A stretch of DNA of 62,870 nt, the filler included. It is 4 parts of 4 records of this genome, joined end to end, with 100 filler letters (N's around TTAATTAATTAA, not from the genome) between each part and the next. Parts side by side here need not be neighbours in the genome. Positions count along the whole stretch, not along the records: positions 21,667 to 51,465 come from DRR378314_224; 3 more parts are not named here. One strand, 5' to 3'. The position numbers and the translations under genes are program-made. Numbering within the stretch: the first letter of the stretch is position 1; each line of letters begins with the position of its first letter. Below the pieces are notes generated by a model that was given only the letters and a program-made list of their open reading frames with translations, was not told where the DNA came from and did no database searches. Of the stretch, positions 41,687-51,565 are shown one piece after another.

Positions 41687-42993
41687 CCACCGGCTTCTTT
41701 GGCGACGTTTCCAAAATCCAATATGAAGACGCAGACAGCACCAACCCGCTGGCCTTTCGCCACTACAACCCCGACGAGATGATCCTCGGCAAGCGGATGG
41801 AAGAGCATCTTCGCTTTGCCACCTGCTACTGGCACAACTTCGTGTGGCCGGGTGGCGATCCGTTTGGCGGCCAGACCTTTGACCGCCCATGGTTCAAGGA
41901 CACGATGGAGGCCGCCAAGCTCAAGGCTGATGTGGCGTTTGAGATGTTCACCCTGTTGCAGTCGCCCTACTACTGTTTCCACGATGCGGATGTGCGGCCG
42001 GAGGGGGCGAATTTTGCGGAAAACACCCGCAACCTGAATGAGATCGTCGAGTATTTCGCGCAAAAACAGGAAGAAACCGGCGTCAAACTGCTCTGGGGCA
42101 CCGCCAACCTGTTTTCCAACGCGCGGTTCATGTCGGGGGCTTCGACGAACCCGGACCCGGATGTCTTTGCCTTCTCGGCGGCGACCATCAAGACCTGCAT
42201 GGACGCGACACATCGTCTCGGCGGCGAAAACTACGTGCTCTGGGGCGGTCGTGAGGGCTATGAGACGCTGCTGAACACCGATCTTGCGCAAGAAGACCAG
42301 CAGATGGGCCGCATGCTTAACATGGTGGTCGAGTACAAGCACAAGATCGGCTTCAAGGGTGCGATCCTGGTGGAGCCGAAACCACAGGAGCCCTCCAAGC
42401 ACCAGTACGATTATGATGCGGCGACGGTCTATGGCTTCCTCAAGCGTCACGGGTTGGAAAACGAGGTCAAACTGAACCTCGAGCAGGGGCACGCGATCCT
42501 TGCGGGCCATTCGTTTGAGCATGAGATCGCCACCGCGCAGGCGCTGGGCGTCTTTGGCTCCATCGACATGAACCGCAACGATTATCAATCCGGTTGGGAC
42601 ACCGACCAGTTCCCGAACACCACCCCTGAGGTGGCGCTGGCCTATTATCACATCCTGAAACACGGAGGGTTCAGCACCGGCGGCACTAACTTCGATGCCA
42701 AACTGCGCCGCCAGTCCATCGACCCCGAAGATCTCTTGATGGCGCACATCGGTGGCATGGATATTTGCGCTCGTGGTTTTAAGGCCGCTGTCGCGATGGT
42801 CGAGGACGGCACATTGGATCAGTTCGTCACCGACCGCTACGCTGGTTGGCAGGGCGCGAGCGCGCAGGATATGCTGAACGGAAAGCTGTCCCTTGAGAGC
42901 ATAGCGGAAAAGGTTGAGGCCGAGGACATAAACCCCAGGCCGCGGTCCGGCCGCCAGGAGTATCTGGAGAATGTCGTCAATCGGTTCGTTTGA
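41683..42993 (+). CDS. xylA: Xylose isomerase (class II)
   Basis: [35 protein letters not shown]. Confidence 0.98.
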   Translation: MTTGFFGDVSKIQYEDADSTNPLAFRHYNPDEMILGKRMEEHLRFATCYWHNFVWPGGDPFGGQTFDRPWFKDTMEAAKLKADVAFEMFTLLQSPYYCFHDADVRPEGANFAENTRNLNEIVEYFAQKQEETGVKLLWGTANLFSNARFMSGASTNPDPDVFAFSAATIKTCMDATHRLGGENYVLWGGREGYETLLNTDLAQEDQQMGRMLNMVVEYKHKIGFKGAILVEPKPQEPSKHQYDYDAATVYGFLKRHGLENEVKLNLEQGHAILAGHSFEHEIATAQALGVFGSIDMNRNDYQSGWDTDQFPNTTPEVALAYYHILKHGGFSTGGTNFDAKLRRQSIDPEDLLMAHIGGMDICARGFKAAVAMVEDGTLDQFVTDRYAGWQGASAQDMLNGKLSLESIAEKVEAEDINPRPRSGRQEYLENVVNRFV

Positions 42994-44007
42994 ATGAGTA
43001 TGGCGCAGATCGTCAATCACGGCCTTCACCAAGGTCATATACTGAAGGAGGTCTGTCTGCGAAGTGACAGGCTCAGCCTCAGTCTGTTGAACTTCGGTGC
43101 GGTGACGCGCGATCTGCGCCTGCATGACCAAGGCGAAGACCGATCTCTTGTGCTCGGCTTTCGCAACCCTGCGGACTACTTGACCAATCCCGGATACATG
43201 GGGGTGATCGCGGGGCGCGTCGCGGGCCGGATCAAGAATGCCCGCTTTGCGCTTGACGAGCAGATGGTGCGGTTGGCCGAAAACGAAGGGGGCAACCAGC
43301 TTCATGGTGGTCCCTCTGGGCTGTCTCATGTGCTGTGGGGAATCGAGCCGCTGACGTCTACCAGCGCGCGTCTCACCTATCACTCACCCGAAGGGGAAAA
43401 CGGCTATCCGGGTGCAGTAGATTTCACTGTCACCGTTACGCTTGACGAGTTTTCGGTAGAATACGAGATGATCGCATCCGTCAGCCAGCCAACCCCGATC
43501 AGCCTTGCACAGCATAGCTACTACAATTTGTCGGGTGGTCAGCAGGCAATCTGGGATCATCGCTTGCAGGTTGATGCCACAGGCTATCTCGTGCTGGACG
43601 ATACCAATGTGCCGAACGGCACAATCGCTGACCTGTCCGATACCGGTTTTGACTTTCGTCTTGGGCGCAGTTTTGGAGAGCTGGACCCCGAACACCAGGG
43701 ATGTGATATCAACCTTGTCTTCGACACAGACCGAACGCAGGCGCTCCCAGTGGCAAAGCTAACTGCGCCTGATGGCTTGCAAATGACGGTGACGACTGAT
43801 CAGCCCGGCGCTCAGATTTATACAGCTGGTGGTTTGCCGACACAGCCCGAGGGGCATTCAGGGCAAATACTGGGCCCCGCCATGGGGGTCTGCTTTGAAC
43901 CACAGGGCTTTCCAAACGCGGTAAACCAGCCAGATTTCCCGTCGGTGATCGTGTCGCCAGATGTGCCGTATGTTCAAAAGTTGCGTCTGGATTTCGGATG
44001 GGTCTGA
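42994..44007 (+). CDS. galM: Aldose 1-epimerase (mutarotase)
   Basis: GRVAGRI, LHGG, GYPG, HSYYNL, CFEPQ.FP. Confidence 0.93.
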   Translation: MSMAQIVNHGLHQGHILKEVCLRSDRLSLSLLNFGAVTRDLRLHDQGEDRSLVLGFRNPADYLTNPGYMGVIAGRVAGRIKNARFALDEQMVRLAENEGGNQLHGGPSGLSHVLWGIEPLTSTSARLTYHSPEGENGYPGAVDFTVTVTLDEFSVEYEMIASVSQPTPISLAQHSYYNLSGGQQAIWDHRLQVDATGYLVLDDTNVPNGTIADLSDTGFDFRLGRSFGELDPEHQGCDINLVFDTDRTQALPVAKLTAPDGLQMTVTTDQPGAQIYTAGGLPTQPEGHSGQILGPAMGVCFEPQGFPNAVNQPDFPSVIVSPDVPYVQKLRLDFGWV

Positions 44008-45314
44008 GGGCGCTTGTGATCTGTGCTGGTGTTCTGGTCGTCTCTGCGGTTCGCGCTGATGAGCGGCCAGATCTCGGCCCGCGGCCAGTCTTCCCTGCCG
44101 TCGATATGGCCGCAGTCGAGCTGGGGCAGCTGCTTTTTTATGATCCGGTTCTGTCGGGAAACCGCAATATCGCATGCTCTACATGCCATCATCCGAAATT
44201 CGGCACGGGGGATGGTGTTGCGCTTGGGCTTGGTGAGGGCGGCATTGGCCTCGGCCCGGATCGTACGCCCGACCCCCTGAATATACCCGAACAACGCATT
44301 CCGCGGAATGCGCCGGGTCTTTGGAACCTCGGTGCGCCGGAATTCACCGTGATGTTCCATGATGGTAGACTGGAAGACGATCCTGCGTTTCCCAATGGCA
44401 TTCGCACTCCCTTGGGCGAGGACATGCTTTTCGGATTTGACGACGCCCTTGCGGCGCAAGCCATGTTCCCGGTGCTCTCGGCGGATGAAATGGCAGGCCA
44501 CTATTCGGAGAATGATGTGGCGCAGGCGGTGCGGTTGGGGCAGCTCTCCACGCCGGGTGGGGCTTGGGACCTGATTGCGGCGCGGGTCGAGGCCATACCG
44601 GAATACCGGACGCGTTTCGACACGGTCCTGGCAGAGGGGGAGGCGATCACCTTTGCCGATATCGCCAATGTCCTTGCCGATTTCATCCGCTTCGAATGGC
44701 GCGCGGATATGAGTGCCTTTGATGCGTATATGTTGCAGCAGGGTGAACTGCTGCCCGATGCGCAGAGCGGCATGAAGCTGTTCTATGGCAAGGCGGGCTG
44801 CAGTCAGTGCCATTCCGGCTGGTTGCAGACAGATCACGATTTTCACGCTCTTGCAGTGCCTCAGTTGGGGCCGGGCAAGGCCGCACGTTTCGAAGCTCGC
44901 AACCGCGATGAGGGGCGTTTACGGGTGACCGGCGCAGCGGAGGATGCCTATGCCTTTCGTACGCCGTCGTTGCGCAATGTCAGCCTGACAGCGCCCTATG
45001 GACATTCCGGCGCGTTCGCGACGCTGGAGGCGATGGTTGAGCATCACTTGGCGCCCGAGGCCTCGCTGGAGAGTTTCGATATTGCGTCCGTTGTCTTGCC
45101 GCCGTTGGAGGGCGAGGACGACTGGCGCGTTCATCGCGCAGCGGCAGAGCGCGAGGCAGTACTTCGGGCGGTGGATCTGACGCCACAGCCTCTGTCTCCA
45201 GCCGAAGTGGACGATATCGTGGCGTTTTTGCGAGCGCTGACAGATGAGGACGCCGCAAAAGGTCGGCTGGGCGTCCCGGAGAGTGTGCCCAGTGGCTTGC
45301 CTGTGGACCGTTAG
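43998..45314 (+). CDS. Di-heme cytochrome c peroxidase/MauG-superfamily protein
   Basis: Signal peptide, LG.LLFYD..LS, CSTCH and CSQCH, RNAP.LWN, FRTPSLRNV..TAPYGH. Confidence 0.92.
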   Translation: MGLRALVICAGVLVVSAVRADERPDLGPRPVFPAVDMAAVELGQLLFYDPVLSGNRNIACSTCHHPKFGTGDGVALGLGEGGIGLGPDRTPDPLNIPEQRIPRNAPGLWNLGAPEFTVMFHDGRLEDDPAFPNGIRTPLGEDMLFGFDDALAAQAMFPVLSADEMAGHYSENDVAQAVRLGQLSTPGGAWDLIAARVEAIPEYRTRFDTVLAEGEAITFADIANVLADFIRFEWRADMSAFDAYMLQQGELLPDAQSGMKLFYGKAGCSQCHSGWLQTDHDFHALAVPQLGPGKAARFEARNRDEGRLRVTGAAEDAYAFRTPSLRNVSLTAPYGHSGAFATLEAMVEHHLAPEASLESFDIASVVLPPLEGEDDWRVHRAAAEREAVLRAVDLTPQPLSPAEVDDIVAFLRALTDEDAAKGRLGVPESVPSGLPVDR

Positions 45315-46858
45315 GGGCGCTTGTCTTGCGGAGACAGGGTGATGTGCTGATTGGCGTGAACCGCCCGCCAGTCGCTCAGCGTACCATCCGGCCAAGTGAC
45401 ACGCAGATCAACGGTGTTGGCCTGGCCAAGGCCGAAGTGTAGATCCCCCAAATCCCCGCCCGCATGCCCGCCGCCAACAGTGATCTCGCGCGTGAGGGTC
45501 CGGTCTTGGGTTTTGACTTCGACAAACGCACCAATGGCGTCTGGGTTGGGGGCGGCTGCCCGCAGGCGTAGCAGCAGCCAGTTGCCGTCCAGGTCACTGG
45601 TGTTCTCCCACACTTGCATCTGGGCGCGGCGATTGACGACTGCGATGTCCAGCAACCCGTCACGGTTCAGGTCCACCAGAGCGCCGCCCCTACCGCGATG
45701 CAGGCTGGCAACTCCGGCTGTGTCACCGACTTCTGAAAACGTACCGTCCACATTCTGCAGCATCAGGTTGTTGGGATCTTTCTGCGCGGCGTCGGGCATC
45801 TGTTCGACATTGCCTTTGGTCACAAAAATATCGTCACGCCCATCATTGTTCACATCGCCAAAAGCGGCGTGCCAGCCGGTTGACGGGCGCCCATCTCCGC
45901 CAGTGTAGGGCCGATGGGCGGTGGTGCCGAAGCCGTAGGTCACGTCTTCCCAGACCGGACCCTTCGCTTTGGCGTCACGCAGCTGAAATTTCTGATCCCC
46001 CATCGAGGTCAGGTAGACATCCTGAAACCCGTCACCGTTTATGTCACGCGAGGCGATGCCCATGCCCCATAGAGCATATGGCCTCCAGCCTTCGTCGGCC
46101 GTGTACAGCCGCGGCGTGTCTTCCATTGCCCACATCTGTTCCTGCCCACCGCGCACGTAATAGTGGCGGTCATTGGACAGGCGCAGATCTGCGTGACCGG
46201 TTCGGTTCCAGTCGCTGAACAGGACCGACAACGCGCAGTAACCCGGAGCTAGGGGTTGCCTGGCTTGGTATGTTTCGCCGTCCGGGCGATACAGAAGGGT
46301 GTCGTCGCAGGTGCCAAACGGGCCGTTGGGGTCCTGGCGGTCCACGTAGGTGCCGAAGGCGAGCGTCGGCAGAGTATTGTCGCCCTCCCAGGTTGCGGAG
46401 AAGCCAGTGGTCCAGTGATCATCACTCACGAAACCGAGGTGATCGAAGGGCTGGAACTGGCATTCGCCGGAGCCTTGCATCAGGAGGTCCGGTCCCGCCC
46501 GCATGATCGCAAGGTCGGTCCACCCGTCACCGTCAATATCTAGCGGGTAGGCTCCGGTGACGCCGGTCAGGGCCAGGGATGCCGGTGTTTTCGCTGTAAA
46601 TGCCACGGACGCGCCATTGGCGAGGGTGGTGTTCTGAAATAGCTGCGCTGTGTTTTCGCCGCCGGCAGCATAAAGTTCTGGCAGGCCATCGCCGTTGCAG
46701 TCAAAGACCGCAAGGCCGCCCCCAACATAGTGCTCCCAGCCGCCGCCATATATGTGTTCGCTCATCGCGACCGGCGTGAAGCTTGGGGTCTGCGTATCGG
46801 CATTCGCCGCATCAGCACATATGATCGCAGTTAGGGCAATCCAGCTACGCGGCAGCAT
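45311..46858 (-). CDS. CRTAC1-family protein (FG-GAP/VCBS propeller + ASPIC/UnbV domain)
   Basis: Signal peptide; repeats D.NGDG.PE, DIDGDGWTD, DINGDGFQD, DVNNDGRDD, DLNRDGLLD; C-terminal AIGA.V ... LHFGLG ... V.WPDG. Confidence 0.9.
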   Translation of the reverse strand: MLPRSWIALTAIICADAANADTQTPSFTPVAMSEHIYGGGWEHYVGGGLAVFDCNGDGLPELYAAGGENTAQLFQNTTLANGASVAFTAKTPASLALTGVTGAYPLDIDGDGWTDLAIMRAGPDLLMQGSGECQFQPFDHLGFVSDDHWTTGFSATWEGDNTLPTLAFGTYVDRQDPNGPFGTCDDTLLYRPDGETYQARQPLAPGYCALSVLFSDWNRTGHADLRLSNDRHYYVRGGQEQMWAMEDTPRLYTADEGWRPYALWGMGIASRDINGDGFQDVYLTSMGDQKFQLRDAKAKGPVWEDVTYGFGTTAHRPYTGGDGRPSTGWHAAFGDVNNDGRDDIFVTKGNVEQMPDAAQKDPNNLMLQNVDGTFSEVGDTAGVASLHRGRGGALVDLNRDGLLDIAVVNRRAQMQVWENTSDLDGNWLLLRLRAAAPNPDAIGAFVEVKTQDRTLTREITVGGGHAGGDLGDLHFGLGQANTVDLRVTWPDGTLSDWRAVHANQHITLSPQDKRP

Positions 46859-48059
46859 TGGCAAGCTCCTTCACGGTGCGCGCCGTGACTTCCTCGATTC
46901 CATAGGCCGCGGCGCCCTTGGCCCACATCAGATCGCCCCAGTCATGCACGATGACCTCGGGCAAGGGCGCATCGACCTGCACCACCCATTGGCGCATCTC
47001 ACCAATCACTTTGCCGGAATAAAGGTGGTCAAAGGACAGTCGCGCACCAGCCAGAATGATCTTGGTGGGGTCGAATATATTGACAACATTCGCCAATCCC
47101 ATGGCGAACATGCGCCGTGCCCTGTCGAGGATGGACAGCGCCATCGCGTCGCCCTTCTCTGCGGCCTGAAAAAGCGAGGCCAAGGTGCGGTGTCGTTCGC
47201 TGCCGCTGGAGATATTGGCCTCTCGCAACAATGCGTAGTCGCCCACATAGGCCTCCAGACAGCCGCGCTGGCCGCATTGGCATAAAGCGCCTTCCAGGTG
47301 GACCTTCGTATGACCAAACTCCGCGCCGCATCCACGTGTGCCGCGATAGATTTTCCCGTCGATTACGATACCCATGCCGACGCCATGCTCGATGGTGATG
47401 ACGATGAAGTTGTCGCAGGTGCGCCCTTCACCGAACAGATGTTCGGCCTTGGCCACAAGATTTGCATCATTGTCGAGGAAGACCGGGCAGGGCAGCTCCC
47501 TGGCGATTGCCTCACCAAAGGGGACATTGCGCTCCTCCAGCGAGGAGGACCAATAGATGAAGCTGCGCTCCGCATCGATCATCCCCGCAAGGCCAAGCCC
47601 AACGCCAGACAGATCGTCAATCGTAAATCCGCCCTTTTGACACGTCAGCTCCAGCGCGCGGCGGATTTGCGAACATAGGACAGGCACCGGCATGCAGCCC
47701 TGTGCAAGCGGCATCTCATGGCTCGCCAGTTCCTCGCCCACAAAGTCTGTAATCACGGTGGAAATCACATGGTGAGACACCTTGAGGCCGGCGATGAGAT
47801 GCGCGCCGCCGCGGATTTTCAGCGCGACGCGTGGGCGCCCGCGACGGGCTTCGGACGAGCTCTCGGGGGCAACCTCTTCGATCAGGTCTGCAGCCAGAAG
47901 CTCTGCGGTGATCGCCGTAACCGTAGCAGGACTTACGCCCGTGGCCTTGGCAATGTCGATGCGGGCAATGCTCTCGGCCGCACGGATCACATCCAGTATC
48001 TGCTGACGCCCGCTTTCGCGCTGATCGCCGCTTGGCGACAGCCGTCCTGATCGTGCCAA
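46845..48059 (-). CDS. xylR: ROK-family transcriptional repressor (XylR-like)
   Basis: N-terminal HTH (ARIDIA..TGVSPATVT), GRP linker, NDAN, EFGH, CQCGQRGCLEAY. Confidence 0.92.
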   Translation of the reverse strand: MARSGRLSPSGDQRESGRQQILDVIRAAESIARIDIAKATGVSPATVTAITAELLAADLIEEVAPESSSEARRGRPRVALKIRGGAHLIAGLKVSHHVISTVITDFVGEELASHEMPLAQGCMPVPVLCSQIRRALELTCQKGGFTIDDLSGVGLGLAGMIDAERSFIYWSSSLEERNVPFGEAIARELPCPVFLDNDANLVAKAEHLFGEGRTCDNFIVITIEHGVGMGIVIDGKIYRGTRGCGAEFGHTKVHLEGALCQCGQRGCLEAYVGDYALLREANISSGSERHRTLASLFQAAEKGDAMALSILDRARRMFAMGLANVVNIFDPTKIILAGARLSFDHLYSGKVIGEMRQWVVQVDAPLPEVIVHDWGDLMWAKGAAAYGIEEVTARTVKELANAAA

Positions 48060-48156
48060 ATCGATGCTCCTCCACTACCAGCCCGGCCCAGACGCGCTAG
48101 GGTATGACACTCTGGGCAGGTTCCGGCAATCTCTCCCTTCGAGAGAGGATACATGA

Positions 48157-48179
48157 TTTAATTTGAAACTCAAAAAAAA
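48157..48179. promoter_or_regulatory. Candidate XylR operator between xylR and xylF
   Basis: TTTAATTT-N7-AAAAAAAA, the same 23-bp geometry as the xylB site. Confidence 0.6.
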
Positions 48180-48245
48180 TATTGCTACACATGAATCACC
48201 GTGCAGGTCAGCAAACGAATGGGCCGCACGCCAAGGGAGGAAAAT

Positions 48246-49274
48246 ATGAAATTCTTGAACGGACTTTCCGTTATCGCACTGAGTGCATTTGCAGCATCCT
48301 CGGCCTTTGCCGCGGATCTGACCGTCGGCGTAAGCTGGTCGAACTTTCAGGAAGAACGCTGGAAGACCGACGAAGCAGCCATCGTGGGCGCATTGGACGA
48401 AGCCGGGGCTGAGTATATCTCTGCCGACGCGCAATCCTCCTCTGCCAAGCAGCTTTCTGACATCGAAAGCCTGATCGCACAGGGTGTGGATGCGCTGATC
48501 ATCCTCGCGCAGGACGCCCAAGCCATCGGTCCGGCGGTTCAAGCCGCAGCGGATGAAGGCATTCCGGTGGTCGCCTATGACCGCCTGATCGAAGACAATC
48601 GCGCCTTCTACCTGACCTTTGACAATGTCGAAGTAGGTCGCATGCAGGCGCGTGCCGTGTTCGAAGCGATGCCCAAGGGCAACTACGTGATGATCAAAGG
48701 CTCTCCCACCGACCCCAACGCCGATTTCCTGCGTGGCGGTCAGCAGGAGGTCATCCAGGCCGCAGTCGACTCCGGTGACATCAATATCGTCGCGGAGGCC
48801 TACACTGATGGCTGGCTGCCCGCGAACGCGCAGCGCAACATGGAGCAGATCCTGACCGCCAATGACAACAACGTCGACGCGGTTGTGGCCTCCAACGACG
48901 GGACCGCCGGTGGTGTTGTCGCCGCGCTGACCGCGCAGGGCATGGAAGGCATCCCGGTCTCCGGCCAGGATGGCGACCACGCCGCACTGAACCGTGTCGC
49001 CAAGGGCACCCAGACCGTTTCCGTCTGGAAAGACGCCCGTGACCTCGGCGCGGCAGCGGGCGAGATCGCGGTGGCCATGGCAAGCGGCACCGCGATGGAA
49101 GAGATCGACGGCGCGACCTCCTGGACCTCTCCGGCGGGCACCACCATGACCGCGAAGTTCCTGGCGCCGATGCCGGTGACCCAGGACAACCTCTCCGCCG
49201 TCGTGGACGCGGGCTGGATCACCCAGGAAGCGCTCTGCCAAGGTGTCGAAAGCGGCCCTGCACCCTGTAACTGA
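48246..49274 (+). CDS. xylF: D-xylose ABC transporter substrate-binding protein
   Basis: EERWKTD, AYDRLI, FDN.EVG, G.PTDPNA, NDGTAGG, SGQD; RBS GGGAGG. Confidence 0.93.
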   Translation: MKFLNGLSVIALSAFAASSAFAADLTVGVSWSNFQEERWKTDEAAIVGALDEAGAEYISADAQSSSAKQLSDIESLIAQGVDALIILAQDAQAIGPAVQAAADEGIPVVAYDRLIEDNRAFYLTFDNVEVGRMQARAVFEAMPKGNYVMIKGSPTDPNADFLRGGQQEVIQAAVDSGDINIVAEAYTDGWLPANAQRNMEQILTANDNNVDAVVASNDGTAGGVVAALTAQGMEGIPVSGQDGDHAALNRVAKGTQTVSVWKDARDLGAAAGEIAVAMASGTAMEEIDGATSWTSPAGTTMTAKFLAPMPVTQDNLSAVVDAGWITQEALCQGVESGPAPCN

Positions 49275-49294
49275 TCTTCGTATCGCCACAACCG

Positions 49295-49320
49295 GGCGCT
49301 CCGGCATCTTCCGGAGCGCC
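49295..49320 (+). terminator. Stem-loop after xylF (mRNA stabiliser or attenuator)
   Basis: Perfect 10-bp stem GGCGCTCCGG-CATCTT-CCGGAGCGCC. Confidence 0.6.
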
Positions 49321-49359
49321 TATCCCACCTCATAAAATCGCTGATTACTGGAGCCGGAC

Positions 49360-50658
49360 ATGACCGACACCACGTCTCAGCCAATCACCCCCCAAACCAA
49401 ACGCAATATCTTCCAGCAGCTTGAGCTGGATGTGCGGCTATTGGGTATGATTGGTGCCTTCATCATTCTTTGCATCGGGTTCAACCTGGTGACTGATGGG
49501 CGCTTCCTGACGCCGCGCAACATCTTCAACTTGACGATCCAGACTGTTTCCGTGGCGATCATGGCTTCGGGCATGGTGTTCGTGATCGTCACCCGCCACA
49601 TCGACCTGAGTGTCGGGGCCTTGCTGGCCACCTGTTCGGCGGTGATGGCGATGACGCAGACCGAATTTGTGCCGCATGTTCTCGGACTTGGCCTCAACCA
49701 CCCGATCACCTGGATCGTGGCCGTTCTGGTTGGGCTGGTGACCGGCACGCTGATCGGGGCGTTTCATGGCTGGATGGTCGGCTACCTGACAATCCCGGCC
49801 TTCATCGTCACGCTGGGCGGCTTCCTGGTTTGGCGCAACGTGGCCTGGTATCTAACCGATGGCCAGACCATTGGCCCGCTGGATTCCACCTTCATGATGT
49901 TCGGGGGCACCAATGGCACCCTCGGTGTCTCGCTCAGCTGGATCCTCGGCATCGTGGCGACCGTGCTTGCGCTGCTGACCCTCTGGAACAGCCGCCGCGC
50001 CAAGCTCGCGCATGAATTCCCGGTGAAGCCTCTCTGGGCCGAGGCGGTTATGGCGGTCATCATCTCCGGCGCGATCCTCGGATTTGTCGGCACCCTCAAC
50101 GCCTATGAAATCCCCAGCCGTCGTCTGGCGCGCATGTTCGAGGCCCGCGGCGAAGTGATGCCCGAGGATCTGACCATGGGCTACGGCCTGCCGATTTCGG
50201 TGCTGATCCTGATCGCGGTCGCGGTGGTCATGACCATCGTTGCCCGGCGCACCCGGCTGGGTCGCTACATCTTTGCCACGGGCGGCAACCCCGACGCGGC
50301 AGAGCTGTCGGGCATCAACACCCGCCTGCTGACAGTGAAGATCTTCGCCATCATGGGTTTTCTCTGCGCCCTGTCTGCGGTCGTGGCCTCGGCCCGTCTC
50401 GCCAACCATTCCAATGACATCGGCACACTGGATGAGTTGCGGGTGATCGCGGCAGCCGTGATTGGCGGTACTGCGCTGTCGGGCGGCTTTGGCACCATCT
50501 ACGGCGCCATCCTCGGCGCGCTGATCATGCAGAGCCTGCAGTCCGGCATGGCCATGGTCGGCGTTGACGCACCGTTCCAGAATATCGTCGTCGGCTCCGT
50601 GCTTGTCGCAGCCGTCTTCATCGACATTGTCTATCGCAAACGTGTGGGGGCCAAGTAA
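49360..50658 (+). CDS. xylH: Xylose ABC transporter permease
   Basis: IDLSVG, IPAFIVTLGG, GGNPDAAELSGI, IAAAVIGGT. Confidence 0.92.
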   Translation: MTDTTSQPITPQTKRNIFQQLELDVRLLGMIGAFIILCIGFNLVTDGRFLTPRNIFNLTIQTVSVAIMASGMVFVIVTRHIDLSVGALLATCSAVMAMTQTEFVPHVLGLGLNHPITWIVAVLVGLVTGTLIGAFHGWMVGYLTIPAFIVTLGGFLVWRNVAWYLTDGQTIGPLDSTFMMFGGTNGTLGVSLSWILGIVATVLALLTLWNSRRAKLAHEFPVKPLWAEAVMAVIISGAILGFVGTLNAYEIPSRRLARMFEARGEVMPEDLTMGYGLPISVLILIAVAVVMTIVARRTRLGRYIFATGGNPDAAELSGINTRLLTVKIFAIMGFLCALSAVVASARLANHSNDIGTLDELRVIAAAVIGGTALSGGFGTIYGAILGALIMQSLQSGMAMVGVDAPFQNIVVGSVLVAAVFIDIVYRKRVGAK

Positions 50659-51440
50659 TGACCACTCCCAAGGAACTTCGCGCCCAGGGCGCAACTCCGA
50701 TGGTGGAGATGAACAATATCTCCATCTCCTTCGGCGGCATCAAGGCGGTGGATGATGTCTCGGTCGATCTGCATCCCGGCGAAGTTGTGGGCCTGCTCGG
50801 CCACAATGGCGCCGGTAAATCGACACTGATCAAGGTGCTTTCCGGTGCCTACAAGATGGATAGCGGCGAGATCCGCATCAATGGCAACAAGGTGGAGATC
50901 ACCAACCCCCGTGATGCCCGCAGTCACAACATCGAAACGATCTACCAGACACTCGCGCTGGCGGACAATCTCGATGCGGCCTCCAACCTGTTTCTGGGGC
51001 GCGAGATCGTCACCGCAACGGGTCTGGTGAACGATGCTGCGATGGAGGCCGAGTGCCGCAAGATCATGGGCCGCCTGAACCCGAACTTCCGCAAGTTCAA
51101 CGAACCGGTCTCGGCGCTTTCGGGTGGGCAGCGGCAATCGGTGGCGATCGCCCGCGCTGTTTATTTTAACGCCAAGATCCTGATCATGGACGAGCCCACT
51201 GCGGCGCTAGGACCGCATGAAACGCAGATGGTGGCGGAGCTGATCCAGCAGCTGAAGGCACAAGGCATCGCGATCTTCCTGATCGATCATGATGTACACG
51301 CGGTGATGGAACTATGCGACCGGGCATCTGTGATGAAGAACGGCCAGCTGGTGGGCACCGTGGATATTGACGATGTGACCGACGACGACCTGTTGTCGAT
51401 GATCATCCTTGGCAAAAATCCGGGCAAAAATACCGCCTAG
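50658..51440 (+). CDS. xylG: Xylose ABC transporter ATPase (single domain)
   Basis: [22 protein letters not shown]. Confidence 0.92.
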   Translation: MTTPKELRAQGATPMVEMNNISISFGGIKAVDDVSVDLHPGEVVGLLGHNGAGKSTLIKVLSGAYKMDSGEIRINGNKVEITNPRDARSHNIETIYQTLALADNLDAASNLFLGREIVTATGLVNDAAMEAECRKIMGRLNPNFRKFNEPVSALSGGQRQSVAIARAVYFNAKILIMDEPTAALGPHETQMVAELIQQLKAQGIAIFLIDHDVHAVMELCDRASVMKNGQLVGTVDIDDVTDDDLLSMIILGKNPGKNTA

Positions 51441-51465
51441 GGTCAGGATTCATAACCAATAAATG
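51438..51465. repeat. Probable left half of a REP/MITE-like palindrome at the contig end
   Basis: TAGGGTCAGGATTCAT-N9-ATG| resembles the TAGGGTCAGGACCCAT-type short palindromes I recall from Rhodobacteraceae; the right arm is cut off. Confidence 0.4.
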
Positions 51466-51565
51466 NNNNNNNNNNNNNNNNNNNNNNNNNNNNNNNNNNN
51501 NNNNNNNNNTTAATTAATTAANNNNNNNNNNNNNNNNNNNNNNNNNNNNNNNNNNNNNNNNNNNN
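51466..51565. other. Artificial contig spacer
   Basis: Same N44-TTAATTAATTAA-N44 linker. Confidence 0.99.

Noticed and set aside
41656-43383. 575-aa antisense ORF over xylA (also 24004-25470, 25666-26880, 48075-49307)
   Set aside because: Shadow ORFs of GC-biased genes on the other strand; no motifs.
6425-51565. Bacterial genes flanked by eukaryotic DNA as horizontal transfer or endosymbiont insertion
   Set aside because: Every junction is an artificial spacer; there is no physical linkage.
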